A stretch of DNA of 64,000 bases, taken from the sequence record KJ019095.1; one strand, written 5' to 3'. The notes beneath the pieces are model-generated. The model searched no databases and was not told the DNA's origin. It saw only the letters and a program-made list of their open reading frames with translations. This document shows positions 1-8,527 of this stretch, piece by piece; position 1 is the first letter of the stretch; the number at the start of each line of letters is the position of its first letter. The position numbers and the translations under genes are program-made.

Positions 1-2
1 GT

Positions 3-332
3 CTATATGAATGGGTGGTGTCCTTTGACCTTAACTCCCTGTATCCTCACCTACTAATGCAATACAACATCTCTCCAGAAACATTGATGGAAGAGAGGTG
101 TCCTAATATCTCCATTGAAAAGGTTCTCAATGAAGAAGTAACCTTTGAGATGTATAAAGACTATGCTGTTTGTCCTAATGGGGCAATGTATCGCAAAGAT
201 GTCCGCGGGTTCCTACCAACCCTAATGGAAAAGATGTATGATGAACGAAAGGCGTTCAAACAAAAGATGTTGAAGTCCAAACAAATCCTCGTTGATATCG
301 AGGCTGAAATGAAAAGAAGAGGTGTATTATGA
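3..332 (+). CDS. gp43: DNA polymerase gp43, N-terminal subunit (5' end outside window)
   Basis: PolB motif A (SFDLNSLYP) and GFLPTLMEKMYDER; stops in the fingers domain at KRRGVL*. Confidence 0.95.
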   Translation, partial: LYEWVVSFDLNSLYPHLLMQYNISPETLMEERCPNISIEKVLNEEVTFEMYKDYAVCPNGAMYRKDVRGFLPTLMEKMYDERKAFKQKMLKSKQILVDIEAEMKRRGVL

Positions 333-487
333 GTTTTCGTCACAAAACATATGGTGGTCTAGTTCATTATGACCACAATGATAAGATTATAGTCATTGAA
401 CGTCGATTGAATCCAATGCAACATCACGCTATGCTTGTGAGTAAGTTGAAGGAAGAGTATCCAGAGTATCAAGTAGTTACTGGATAG
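329..487 (+). CDS. 52-aa hypothetical protein inside split gp43
   Basis: Manual translation MSFRHKTYGG...YQVVTG; ATGA overlap with the gp43 stop, GAGGTG SD upstream. Confidence 0.65.
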   Translation: MSFRHKTYGGLVHYDHNDKIIVIERRLNPMQHHAMLVSKLKEEYPEYQVVTG

Positions 488-702
488 TGAGTGGTTTAGT
501 TGCTGAGATTATGCAAGTCGTTACTATGATTACTATGCTATTCAATATGTGCAATAGTAATGAGTTCAACAGACAAGCATGTATGAAAGACTGGGATACT
601 TGGTTATTACCTGAGATATCCCGTGCGTGGCAAATTAAAACAGGTCAGGAAGCCCCTTACCAAAACGAGGAAGATGTGGTAGAATGGCACCAACAGCAGT
701 GA
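487..702 (+). CDS. hypothetical protein inside split gp43
   Basis: ORF track; N-terminal hydrophobic stretch; coupled to neighbouring genes. Confidence 0.7.
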   Translation: MSGLVAEIMQVVTMITMLFNMCNSNEFNRQACMKDWDTWLLPEISRAWQIKTGQEAPYQNEEDVVEWHQQQ

Positions 703-703
703 G

Positions 704-1873
704 GTGTTTATCGGTTATCTTATTGGTGGTTCGAGTGAAGGACCCGATGAGGAGATTGTACAATCAGATAGTGACTATTCTAAACTATCTGATAAGCAAC
801 TGCAATACCTAAGAGCACAAACCATAAAGGATATTGCTAAGTTTTATAACTTCCAGCAAGTAAGGAAAATTACCCTAAACTCCGCTTATGGTGCTTTGGG
901 TAACCAATACTTCAGATACTACAAACTGGCGAACGCGGAGGCAGTGACCTTCTCTGGTCAGTTAAGTATCCGTTGGATTGAGAATAAGATGAATGGATTC
1001 ATCAATGAGATTCTAAAAACAGAGGGTAAGGATTATGTGATCGCCTCTGATACTGACTCTATCTACATTAACTTTGGTGATGTGGTAGATAAGTTCTTGA
1101 AGAAGTTTGATGGTGATAAGGAGAAGACTGTATCAATGGTAGATAAGATCTGTAAGGATCAACTAGAACCCTTCATTGATAAGTGCTATTCTCAGTTGGG
1201 TGAGTATGTGAATGCATACGAACAGAAGATGCAGATGAAGAGAGAGAATATTGCAGACAGGGGTATCTGGACAGCAAAGAAGAGATATATCCTAAACGTA
1301 TGGGATAGTGAGGGTGTTCGTTATGAGGAACCCAAACTGAAGATGATGGGTATTGAGGCTGTGAAGTCATCTACACCTGCCCCTTGTAGAACTATGATCA
1401 AGGATGCTCTCCGTATTATCATTGAGAAATCTGAGGATGAAGTCATTGACTACATTGATGATTGTAGGAAGAAGTTCAAACAGATGAAACCAGAGGAGAT
1501 CGCGTTTCCTCGTTCCGTTAGTGATATGATCAAGTTTCGTTCTGGGACAACAATATATGCTAAGAGTACTCCTATGCATGTGAGGGGGGCGTTACTATTC
1601 AATCATCACATTAAGAAGGGTGGGTTGGAGAACAAGTATTCTCTCATCAATAGTGGTGAGAAGATCAAGTTCTGCTACCTCAAGATTCCTAATCTAATTG
1701 GTGAGAATGTTATCTCATTCATCTCCGACTTTCCTAGGGAACTTAAGTTGGAGAAGTATGTTGATTATGATACCCAATTCAATAAAGCATTCCTAGATCC
1801 ACTCAAGATCATCTTGGATGCTATTGGTTGGAACTGTGAGAAGCAGATGTCCTTGGAGTCATTTTTTACCTGA
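704..1873 (+). CDS. gp43: DNA polymerase gp43, C-terminal subunit
   Basis: Motif B (KITLNSAYG), motif C (ASDTDSIY), KKRY, C-terminal clamp-binding tail SLESFF. Confidence 0.95.
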   Translation: MFIGYLIGGSSEGPDEEIVQSDSDYSKLSDKQLQYLRAQTIKDIAKFYNFQQVRKITLNSAYGALGNQYFRYYKLANAEAVTFSGQLSIRWIENKMNGFINEILKTEGKDYVIASDTDSIYINFGDVVDKFLKKFDGDKEKTVSMVDKICKDQLEPFIDKCYSQLGEYVNAYEQKMQMKRENIADRGIWTAKKRYILNVWDSEGVRYEEPKLKMMGIEAVKSSTPAPCRTMIKDALRIIIEKSEDEVIDYIDDCRKKFKQMKPEEIAFPRSVSDMIKFRSGTTIYAKSTPMHVRGALLFNHHIKKGGLENKYSLINSGEKIKFCYLKIPNLIGENVISFISDFPRELKLEKYVDYDTQFNKAFLDPLKIILDAIGWNCEKQMSLESFFT

Positions 1874-1901
1874 TATATAAAACCCCCAGAGGAGATCACC
1901 A

Positions 1902-2060
1902 ATGGAAAAACAAAATCTAGCGATGGATCTATTCATCGAGTCTGTAATCAAACCAGACAGTGACCTTAGGGGTCAAGCATCAGAACAGGGTTGTCTAGAA
2001 GAACTATTGCAAATCCGTGATGATGTGATAAAATATCTTTATAACGAGAGGAAAAACTAG
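1902..2060 (+). CDS. 52-aa hypothetical protein
   Basis: Manual translation MEKQNLAMDLFIESVIKPD...; GAGGAG SD. Confidence 0.7.
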   Translation: MEKQNLAMDLFIESVIKPDSDLRGQASEQGCLEELLQIRDDVIKYLYNERKN

Positions 2061-2063
2061 TTT

Positions 2064-2297
2064 ATGGCGTTATCCCAATCAGTGGAGAATTCCCTCAGGG
2101 AGGCAAGTTCGTCCCTGAGGAATGCTCTAGCTTTTGCTGCCAGACAGGAGAGATCACATACCTGTCAGCATATTGCTAAAGTATTAAACGATATTGATCT
2201 TATTCAGAGAACGGATGAGATGTTTGATACCCTTGATAGTATCAAGGATGGTAAGGGTGGTAGCAACCCATTTGGTAAATTTGGTTTTGATGAATAA
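2064..2297 (+). CDS. hypothetical protein
   Basis: ORF track; abuts uvsX. Confidence 0.75.
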   Translation: MALSQSVENSLREASSSLRNALAFAARQERSHTCQHIAKVLNDIDLIQRTDEMFDTLDSIKDGKGGSNPFGKFGFDE

Positions 2298-3304
2298 TGG
2301 ATTTCTTAAAGGATATTGTAAATGAAATTGGTGGCGACTTCACTCAGATTGCCTCAGAGATTGAAGAAAACGAAACATACGTGGACACTGGTTCGTTCAT
2401 CTTTAATGCTCTTGTATCTGGGTCTATCTATGGTGGTGTATCTGGTAACAAGATTACTGCAATTGCTGGGGAAAGTTCTACTGGAAAGACTTTCTTCTCA
2501 CTCGCCGTGGTCAAGAACTTCTTGGATACTAATCCCGATGCATATTGCCTTTATTTTGATACTGAAGCTGCAATCAATAGAAACCTTCTTGAGTCACGAG
2601 GTATTGACCTTAAGCGGTTGGTTGTCGTCAATGTCGTTACAGTAGAAGAGTTTAGGATGAAGGCACTTAAGTGTGTCGATATCTACCAGAAGAAACCAGA
2701 AGACGAACGCAAACCTTGTATGTTTGTCCTAGATTCTCTGGGTATGTTGTCTACAGAGAAAGAGATCAATGATGCTCTGAATGACAAGAACGTTCGTGAT
2801 ATGACTAAATCACAACTCATCAAGGGGGCGTTCAGGATGTTGACCTTGAAACTAGGTCAGGCTAAGATACCAATGATTGTTACTAACCATACCTATGATG
2901 TGATTGGTGCCTATGTTCCTACTAAGGAAATGGGTGGTGGTTCAGGTCTTAAGTATGCCGCCTCTACTATTATTCACCTCACTAAGAAGAAAGAGAAAGA
3001 CGGTAAGGATGTTATTGGTAACATTATCAAGTGTAAGACAGCTAAGTCCAGACTCTCCAAAGAGAATACAGATGTAGGTGTTAGACTATTCTATGATGAA
3101 CGGGGTTTGGATAAGTACTATGGTCTCCTAGAACTTGGTGAGCTTGGTGGTATGTGGAAGAACGTAGCTGGTCGTTATGACTTGGGTGATGGTAAGAAGA
3201 TCTACGCTAAAGAGATACTAAAGGATCCAGAGAAGTACTTCACCGAAGAAGTTATGGAGAAACTAGATGTTGTTGCTAGGGGAACATTCTCATATGGGTC
3301 ATAA
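2297..3304 (+). CDS. uvsX: UvsX RecA-like recombinase
   Basis: Walker A GESSTGKT, YFDTE, DSLG, GGGSGLKYAAS. Confidence 0.96.
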   Translation: MDFLKDIVNEIGGDFTQIASEIEENETYVDTGSFIFNALVSGSIYGGVSGNKITAIAGESSTGKTFFSLAVVKNFLDTNPDAYCLYFDTEAAINRNLLESRGIDLKRLVVVNVVTVEEFRMKALKCVDIYQKKPEDERKPCMFVLDSLGMLSTEKEINDALNDKNVRDMTKSQLIKGAFRMLTLKLGQAKIPMIVTNHTYDVIGAYVPTKEMGGGSGLKYAASTIIHLTKKKEKDGKDVIGNIIKCKTAKSRLSKENTDVGVRLFYDERGLDKYYGLLELGELGGMWKNVAGRYDLGDGKKIYAKEILKDPEKYFTEEVMEKLDVVARGTFSYGS

Positions 3305-3309
3305 ACAAT

Positions 3310-3840
3310 ATGAGTGAGTATATCAAACACTATAGGGGAGTTCTAACAGATACATCTTGTGATGTTCTGATAGATGCTCTTCTGAGTGTAGATAGAAAGC
3401 ATATAAAGGAACATCGAACAGATCGTAAAACATTTGATCAGGTGTTTCTTAATGCTGCAAATATGGATCTGATTCCAGGTATTACTAAAATAGTTGGTAA
3501 TGTAATCAAACAATACAAGATGGATGTTCCATACTTCACACAGTTCTTTCCCAAGGGACTGGAGATTGAAACACCAAAGGTCAAAGGTTACAGTCCTGGG
3601 GGACAATTCAAACCACATTGTGATGTAGATGCTACTTCCTGTCCAAGGTATCTTGCCTTTCTATTTTATCTTAATGATAATTTTACAGGTGGACAAACAG
3701 AGTTCTTACCTGGTATAATGGTGGAACCTGTGAAAGGTTCAGTGGTGGTATTTCCACCCAACTGGCAACACCCTCATTGTGGATTACCAGTGGAGACTGG
3801 TAACAAATATATTATGTCAACTTATCTAAGATACGTTTAA
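3310..3840 (+). CDS. 2OG-Fe(II) oxygenase (prolyl-4-hydroxylase-like)
   Basis: HCD...FYLNDNFTGGQTEF...HCG...KY facial triad pattern. Confidence 0.9.
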   Translation: MSEYIKHYRGVLTDTSCDVLIDALLSVDRKHIKEHRTDRKTFDQVFLNAANMDLIPGITKIVGNVIKQYKMDVPYFTQFFPKGLEIETPKVKGYSPGGQFKPHCDVDATSCPRYLAFLFYLNDNFTGGQTEFLPGIMVEPVKGSVVVFPPNWQHPHCGLPVETGNKYIMSTYLRYV

Positions 3841-5210
3841 TGGATCGAATTGAGAATTTAATACTAAGATCACTCTCACATAGTGAAGGGTTTTCTAGGA
3901 AGGTTATCCCCTTCATCAAACCAGATTATTTCCATGATAATGCTGAGAAAGTTCTCTTCGAAGAAATTGCACAATACATTGTCAAGTACAACTCCAATGT
4001 TACTGTACAGGCTCTAAGTATTGAGGTGGAACAGAGAACCGATTTATCTGATAGTGATGTCAAAACTATCAGAACCATCCTAGATGACTTTGATGCAGTC
4101 ACAGGAACTGATGAGTGGATGATTGATTCCACTGAGAAGTGGTGTAAGAAACAAGCAATCTACAACGCTCTTATGGAGTCTGTGAGTATTGCTAATGGAG
4201 ATAGTCAGACTAAGGCTGAAGACGCTATTCCTAGTATCCTCTCAGAGGCTCTGGGTGTATCCTTTGATAGTAATGTAGGTCACGACTATATCGAGAATGC
4301 AGAGGATAGGTGGGAGTACTATCACCAGAAGGAAGATAAGATTCCCTTCGATATTGATCTACTCAATGCAATTACTAAAGGTGGATTACCTAACAAGACA
4401 CTGAATATCGCACTCGCTGGTACTGGTGTCGGTAAGTCACTCTTTATGTGTCACGTAGCAGCCTCTAGTTTAATGCAGGGTAAGAATGTTCTATACATCA
4501 CTGCTGAGATGGCAGAAGAGAAGATCGCGGAACGTATTGACTCCAACCTACTCAACGTTAATATCAAGGATCTATCTGAACTACCCAAACAGATGTTTGA
4601 GAAGAAGATAGATGCGGTATCTAAGAAGACACAAGGTTCCTTGGTTATCAAGGAGTATCCTACAGCTTCTGCACACTCAGGTCACTTCAAGTCTCTACTT
4701 AACGAACTAAAACTCAAGAAGAACTTCACACCAGATATTATCTTTATTGATTATCTCAATATCTGTGCTTCCTCTCGTATCAGAGCTGGTGCTAACGCTA
4801 ACTCCTACACACTAGTGAAGAGTATCGCAGAAGAGATTCGTGGTCTAGCGGTAGAGTTCAACGTTCCTATCGTGAGTGCTACTCAGACGACCCGTAGTGG
4901 GTATGGAAACAGTGACGTGGGTATCACAGATACCTCTGAGTCTTTCGGTCTTCCTGCAACCGCTGACCTTATGATTGCTCTCATCTCCACTGAGGAGTTG
5001 GAGGGACTGAATCAGATTATGGTTAAACAACTTAAGAATAGATACAATGATCCCACTCTCCATAAGCGTTTTGTTGTTGGTATTGATAGAGCTAAGATGC
5101 GGTTGTATGACTGTGAGCAGGCAGCTCAGGATGATATTCTGGATTCTGGTGATACAGAAACCCAGGAAGGTTCTTCTCTGAAGGATAAGTTGGCAAAACT
5201 GAGTTTCTAG
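3840..5210 (+). CDS. gp41: replicative helicase gp41 (DnaB-like)
   Basis: AGTGVGKS, EMAEE, IDYLNI, SATQTTR, KQLKNRY. Confidence 0.97.
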   Translation: MDRIENLILRSLSHSEGFSRKVIPFIKPDYFHDNAEKVLFEEIAQYIVKYNSNVTVQALSIEVEQRTDLSDSDVKTIRTILDDFDAVTGTDEWMIDSTEKWCKKQAIYNALMESVSIANGDSQTKAEDAIPSILSEALGVSFDSNVGHDYIENAEDRWEYYHQKEDKIPFDIDLLNAITKGGLPNKTLNIALAGTGVGKSLFMCHVAASSLMQGKNVLYITAEMAEEKIAERIDSNLLNVNIKDLSELPKQMFEKKIDAVSKKTQGSLVIKEYPTASAHSGHFKSLLNELKLKKNFTPDIIFIDYLNICASSRIRAGANANSYTLVKSIAEEIRGLAVEFNVPIVSATQTTRSGYGNSDVGITDTSESFGLPATADLMIALISTEELEGLNQIMVKQLKNRYNDPTLHKRFVVGIDRAKMRLYDCEQAAQDDILDSGDTETQEGSSLKDKLAKLSF

Positions 5211-5218
5211 TGTATAAT
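5190..5218 (+). promoter_or_regulatory. sigma70-type promoter upstream of mazG
   Basis: TTGGCA-17 bp-TATAAT. Confidence 0.75.
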
Positions 5219-5268
5219 AGTTATGTTGGGAAGAAACCCCAACCTCCTTTGTGATGTGGTGTTTGTTG

Positions 5269-5296
5269 GGGAAGGGGTGGTTCCCTTCCCTTTTTT
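5269..5296 (+). terminator. intrinsic terminator in the mazG leader
   Basis: GGGAAGGG/CCCTTCCC stem followed by T6. Confidence 0.75.
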
Positions 5297-5320
5297 ATTG
5301 TTTATTGGTATTCAATTATT

Positions 5321-5725
5321 ATGAGCGTAGATTTTTCTAAGTACGGTGAGTTTGTAGACACAGTAACTAGTGCCCCCTCCAAGGGAACTGGTGAGATGAT
5401 CGCAGTACTCAAGGACCTTAAGCTTCGTGGAGCACAACCCGAAAGACTTCTTACTGGTGCAGTTGGTATCTGTGCTGAGGGTGGTGAGTTCATGGAAGTG
5501 GTCAAGAAGATGGTATTCCAAGGCAAACCCTATGACCAAGATAATGTCTGGCATATGAAGCGTGAGTTGGGTGATATTATGTTCTATGTACAAACAGCNT
5601 GTATCGCTCTAGGTACCTCTGTTGATGAGATTGTAGAGATGAATGTNGAGAAACTAGAAGCACGATATCCAGGTGGTCAATTTAGTGTAGAGAATAGTGA
5701 GAACCGAGTAGAGGGTGACTTATGA
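5321..5725 (+). CDS. mazG: MazG nucleotide pyrophosphohydrolase
   Basis: GICAEGGEFMEVVKK, KRELGDIMFY, EKLEARYP. Confidence 0.93.
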   Translation: MSVDFSKYGEFVDTVTSAPSKGTGEMIAVLKDLKLRGAQPERLLTGAVGICAEGGEFMEVVKKMVFQGKPYDQDNVWHMKRELGDIMFYVQTXCIALGTSVDEIVEMNXEKLEARYPGGQFSVENSENRVEGDL

Positions 5726-5844
5726 TTGCATCTGATACACATAATGAACCCACTGAGTTAATCAGACAAATCAATGATTCAGTGGAACGTGCTAGAATGA
5801 AGGAACAAGACGATCAACTAAACTACGACACAGGAGGTAAATGA
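5722..5844 (+). CDS. 40-aa hypothetical protein
   Basis: Manual translation; ATGA overlaps with both neighbours. Confidence 0.55.
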   Translation: MIASDTHNEPTELIRQINDSVERARMKEQDDQLNYDTGGK

Positions 5845-6149
5845 TGGACAAACCAATTACAGTTGAGGAATACCAAGAGGCTGGTAAAGAGTTCTGGCCA
5901 AAGTATTGGTATGTTGCTAAAGAACTTGGTGAAAACGCTAAGACTGAAGATGTCCTACATGTTATGGAGTCTCTTGCTGGTGTTGTTATGGTCAACAGAA
6001 GCAATGAAAAGAAAGAATACTCTGGTATGATTGGGTTCAATAAGTCCCTAGAAGACAACCCATTGGCTTCTGCTACATACCACGGACAACCAGTTACAGA
6101 GTGTCCCCCAGGGACTATCTACTGTAACGGTGAATGTTGTGATCTATGA
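5841..6149 (+). CDS. conserved cyanophage-type hypothetical protein
   Basis: ORF track; GGAGGT SD. Confidence 0.8.
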   Translation: MMDKPITVEEYQEAGKEFWPKYWYVAKELGENAKTEDVLHVMESLAGVVMVNRSNEKKEYSGMIGFNKSLEDNPLASATYHGQPVTECPPGTIYCNGECCDL

Positions 6150-6157
6150 GGTAAATT

Positions 6158-6292
6158 ATGGCTAAAAGAACCTATACTACAAAGTCTGGAGATGTGTTTG
6201 AGTGGGAAGAGACCCCTGAAACTACTGCAGCACTCAAAGCTCTCCACAGACAAGTGGCAGAGACAAAACAGAAGCTTGACAGCACCAAGTGA
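6158..6292 (+). CDS. 44-aa hypothetical protein
   Basis: Manual translation MAKRTYTTKSGDVFEWEE...; GAGGT SD. Confidence 0.65.
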   Translation: MAKRTYTTKSGDVFEWEETPETTAALKALHRQVAETKQKLDSTK

Positions 6293-6304
6293 GTCTGTTA
6301 TAAT
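6276..6304 (+). promoter_or_regulatory. consensus sigma70 promoter of the tRNA/ncRNA cassette
   Basis: TTGACA-17 bp-TATAAT with extended -10 TG. Confidence 0.9.
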
Positions 6305-6310
6305 ATGAGA

Positions 6311-6380
6311 GTTGGGAAGGAAACCCCCCAACTGCGGTGACCCCCTTGGTAGTTCAGGGTTAGCGGCGATAGGAACTACC
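6311..6380 (+). ncRNA. candidate structured RNA (5' hairpin plus H-type pseudoknot)
   Basis: GTTGGG/CCCAAC hairpin; TGACCC/GGGTTA crossing GGTAGTTC/GAACTACC. Confidence 0.5.
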
Positions 6381-6384
6381 ACAA

Positions 6385-6458
6385 GGGTTAATAGCTCAGC
6401 TGGACAGAGCAACGCTCTTCTAAAGCGTCGGTCGTTGGTTCGAATCCAACTTAACCCG
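6385..6458 (+). tRNA. tRNA-Arg(TCT)
   Basis: Acceptor stem GGGTTAA/TTAACCC, anticodon arm ACGCT-CTTCTAA-AGCGT, GGTTCGAATCC; CCA not encoded. Confidence 0.95.
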
Positions 6459-6480
6459 TTGGGGTCTAATTAACCCCATA

Positions 6481-6665
6481 GGATGTGACAGAATGAACCG
6501 TTTGGTTAATACCGGTCATTGTATAGTAGGGAAGGCTGTGGTGGCCGCCAGAAAGACTAGGAGACTAGAGTTCTGAGAACCCATACCAGGGTCCCGAAAG
6601 TTCAGAGGTATTACTATTCTTAGTATGACCCCTCTGTTGGAGGTAAAAAGATAATCCTCCCATCC
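6481..6665 (+). ncRNA. large structured RNA, probably manA RNA motif
   Basis: Closed by GGATG/CATCC with internal CAGAGG/CCTCTG and GGAGG/CCTCC stems; lies between tRNAs as recalled for cyanophage manA RNAs; family assignment from memory. Confidence 0.6.
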
Positions 6666-6671
6666 ACCCAA

Positions 6672-6743
6672 TCCACAATAGCTCAGCGGTAGAGTCGGCG
6701 ACTGTTAATCGCCTTGTCCCTGGTTCGAATCCAGGTTGTGGAG
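6672..6743 (+). tRNA. tRNA-Asn(GTT)
   Basis: Acceptor stem TCCACAA/TTGTGGA, anticodon arm GGCGA-CTGTTAA-TCGCC. Confidence 0.95.
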
Positions 6744-6761
6744 TTCTTTATTATCTTTGAT

Positions 6762-7478
6762 ATGGATGTATCCAATCCTGATAACTGGTATATTGGTAGA
6801 TTTTGTGAATCTAACTTCCTAGATCAAACAGCACTCTCCTCAGTGAGGTCATGGATTGATACTCAATCATGGGTAGATGGAGTTTTAACTTTGGACTACT
6901 CTAAAGATAAGGATCCATATCAACTGAAAAGAAATCAGGCAACGAGAAATATAATCCCACCCAGACTATTTTGGCCACATGTTGATAAGAACGAAAAGTT
7001 CGCTCGGTTCACCTGTCCCCGATCAAGTACCGATCCAAACTGCACAAAAACATCTAAGGGTGAATACTACAAACCACACTTTGATGATGTAGTTAATGGG
7101 CACTTCTCAACTACGATCTTTATCAGTGATCCTGATGAATATGATGGTGGTGAGTTAGTTCTGTATATTGACGGGAAGGAAGTATTCTTCAAACCAAAAG
7201 CAGGTGAAGGTGTAACTTATGAGACTGGTATTGGTCATAGAGTCAATACAGTCACAAGGGGTGAGAGATTGGCATTTGTATTCTGGACAGATTGTCGATG
7301 GGATGATATTGATGATTATCGTGATTGGCGTTATTATAACTATATGAAAGACTACCTAATGACAACTCCTTATGTTGATACCTTATATGAGTTTTGTAAC
7401 GAACCCCATACTATATTCAAAGGGAAATCATATGATATTATGAGAAAGGTTATGAGGAAAGTTATTCCTAATGGTTGA
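6762..7478 (+). CDS. PKHD-type 2OG-Fe(II) hydroxylase
   Basis: YKPHFD, YDGGELVL, HRVNTVTRGER; start moved to the ATG after the tRNA. Confidence 0.88.
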   Translation: MDVSNPDNWYIGRFCESNFLDQTALSSVRSWIDTQSWVDGVLTLDYSKDKDPYQLKRNQATRNIIPPRLFWPHVDKNEKFARFTCPRSSTDPNCTKTSKGEYYKPHFDDVVNGHFSTTIFISDPDEYDGGELVLYIDGKEVFFKPKAGEGVTYETGIGHRVNTVTRGERLAFVFWTDCRWDDIDDYRDWRYYNYMKDYLMTTPYVDTLYEFCNEPHTIFKGKSYDIMRKVMRKVIPNG

Positions 7479-8004
7479 ATCATTTTACGGAGAAATACTC
7501 AACTCCGATGCTACTGGGCATCTGTATTCGTATGCCCAAAGTATTCAAGACTGGCAAACCATAAAGCAAGACTATATGGGTAAGAACTATCAGTCTGTTA
7601 TGGCTCATAAAGTTCCAAAGGGAAATGAAATTGAGAAGTATGTTGTTAGAACTTTCCTCACATTCAATAAGTTATATTTCAATTACGATCTAGTAGGAAC
7701 ATTTGAAACACAGATTCTAAAGTATAATGTTCATGATGGATATGATTGGCATTGTGACTATGGTGTGAGTGAGAATCCCAATGCGATAAGAAAACTGAGT
7801 ATGATTATTCAACTCAGTGATATGTGGGACTACAACGGTGCAAATGTATTCCTAAGGGACTGGCACAACCGAGAACACATCCTAAGTAAGGAATCTGGGT
7901 ATGTTACCGTATTCGACTCTAGGTCCCCTCACAGGGTCTCTCCCCTAGCTATCGGAGAACGATACTCACTGGTAGCCTGGGCTCACGGTCCAGAGTGGAG
8001 ATAA
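7471..8004 (+). CDS. 2OG-Fe(II) oxygenase
   Basis: YDWHCD, RKLSMIIQLSD, HRVSPL...RYSLVAW. Confidence 0.9.
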   Translation: MVESFYGEILNSDATGHLYSYAQSIQDWQTIKQDYMGKNYQSVMAHKVPKGNEIEKYVVRTFLTFNKLYFNYDLVGTFETQILKYNVHDGYDWHCDYGVSENPNAIRKLSMIIQLSDMWDYNGANVFLRDWHNREHILSKESGYVTVFDSRSPHRVSPLAIGERYSLVAWAHGPEWR

Positions 8005-8029
8005 ATAAAATACAAAGAAATGGAAACAT

Positions 8030-8344
8030 ATGCTTTCTACACAATATCGTCTTCGCCTTGAGGCTATCTGCCAAAAGATTGCGAATAGTGAATCTGTGGA
8101 TTTGAGTGACATGATCTGGGCAGACAAACTGGCAAAGAGTCATACTACCGCTAGAGACTGGTTGCAGCAGGCAAGAAGACAATCCGCCCATCAAATTGAA
8201 GAAGGTACCATAGATGATTTTATGAATCGGATGAATTTAGGGAACCCTGATCCATCCGATCATAAAACTGGGTTCGATAGTGCCGATGACATCAAAGATT
8301 GGTTTCGGCAAGATAAGTCCAAAGACTGGAGACAAAGAGACTAA
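8030..8344 (+). CDS. conserved cyanophage hypothetical protein
   Basis: ORF track; GATAAATA late-like promoter at 8000. Confidence 0.8.
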   Translation: MLSTQYRLRLEAICQKIANSESVDLSDMIWADKLAKSHTTARDWLQQARRQSAHQIEEGTIDDFMNRMNLGNPDPSDHKTGFDSADDIKDWFRQDKSKDWRQRD

Positions 8345-8346
8345 CT

Positions 8347-8526
8347 ATGGCTAATAAAAACGACAAAGGCAATCACCCAAGAGAAGAGGGTTGGTTCACC
8401 GAAAAGTTGAAGAGAAGACTCAGGAATGATCTCATACATCCTGAACATCTAGTTCCCATCCTTATTGAAGAGAATGAGGCACTTAGAGCAGAGATTGCAA
8501 CACTAAAAGCAATGCATAAATGGTAA
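8347..8526 (+). CDS. 59-aa hypothetical protein
   Basis: Manual translation MANKNDKGNHPREEGW...; fills the gap between neighbours. Confidence 0.6.
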   Translation: MANKNDKGNHPREEGWFTEKLKRRLRNDLIHPEHLVPILIEENEALRAEIATLKAMHKW

Positions 8527-8527
8527 A

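Noticed and set aside
332-704. Intron, intein or translational bypass rejoining gp43
   Set aside because: No group I core or intein C/HN motifs; the insert is filled by two coupled ORFs with SD sites; a ~390-nt hop is implausible
6714-6761. ORF-track start of the PKHD oxygenase
   Set aside because: Overlaps tRNA-Asn; ATG 6762 is more plausible
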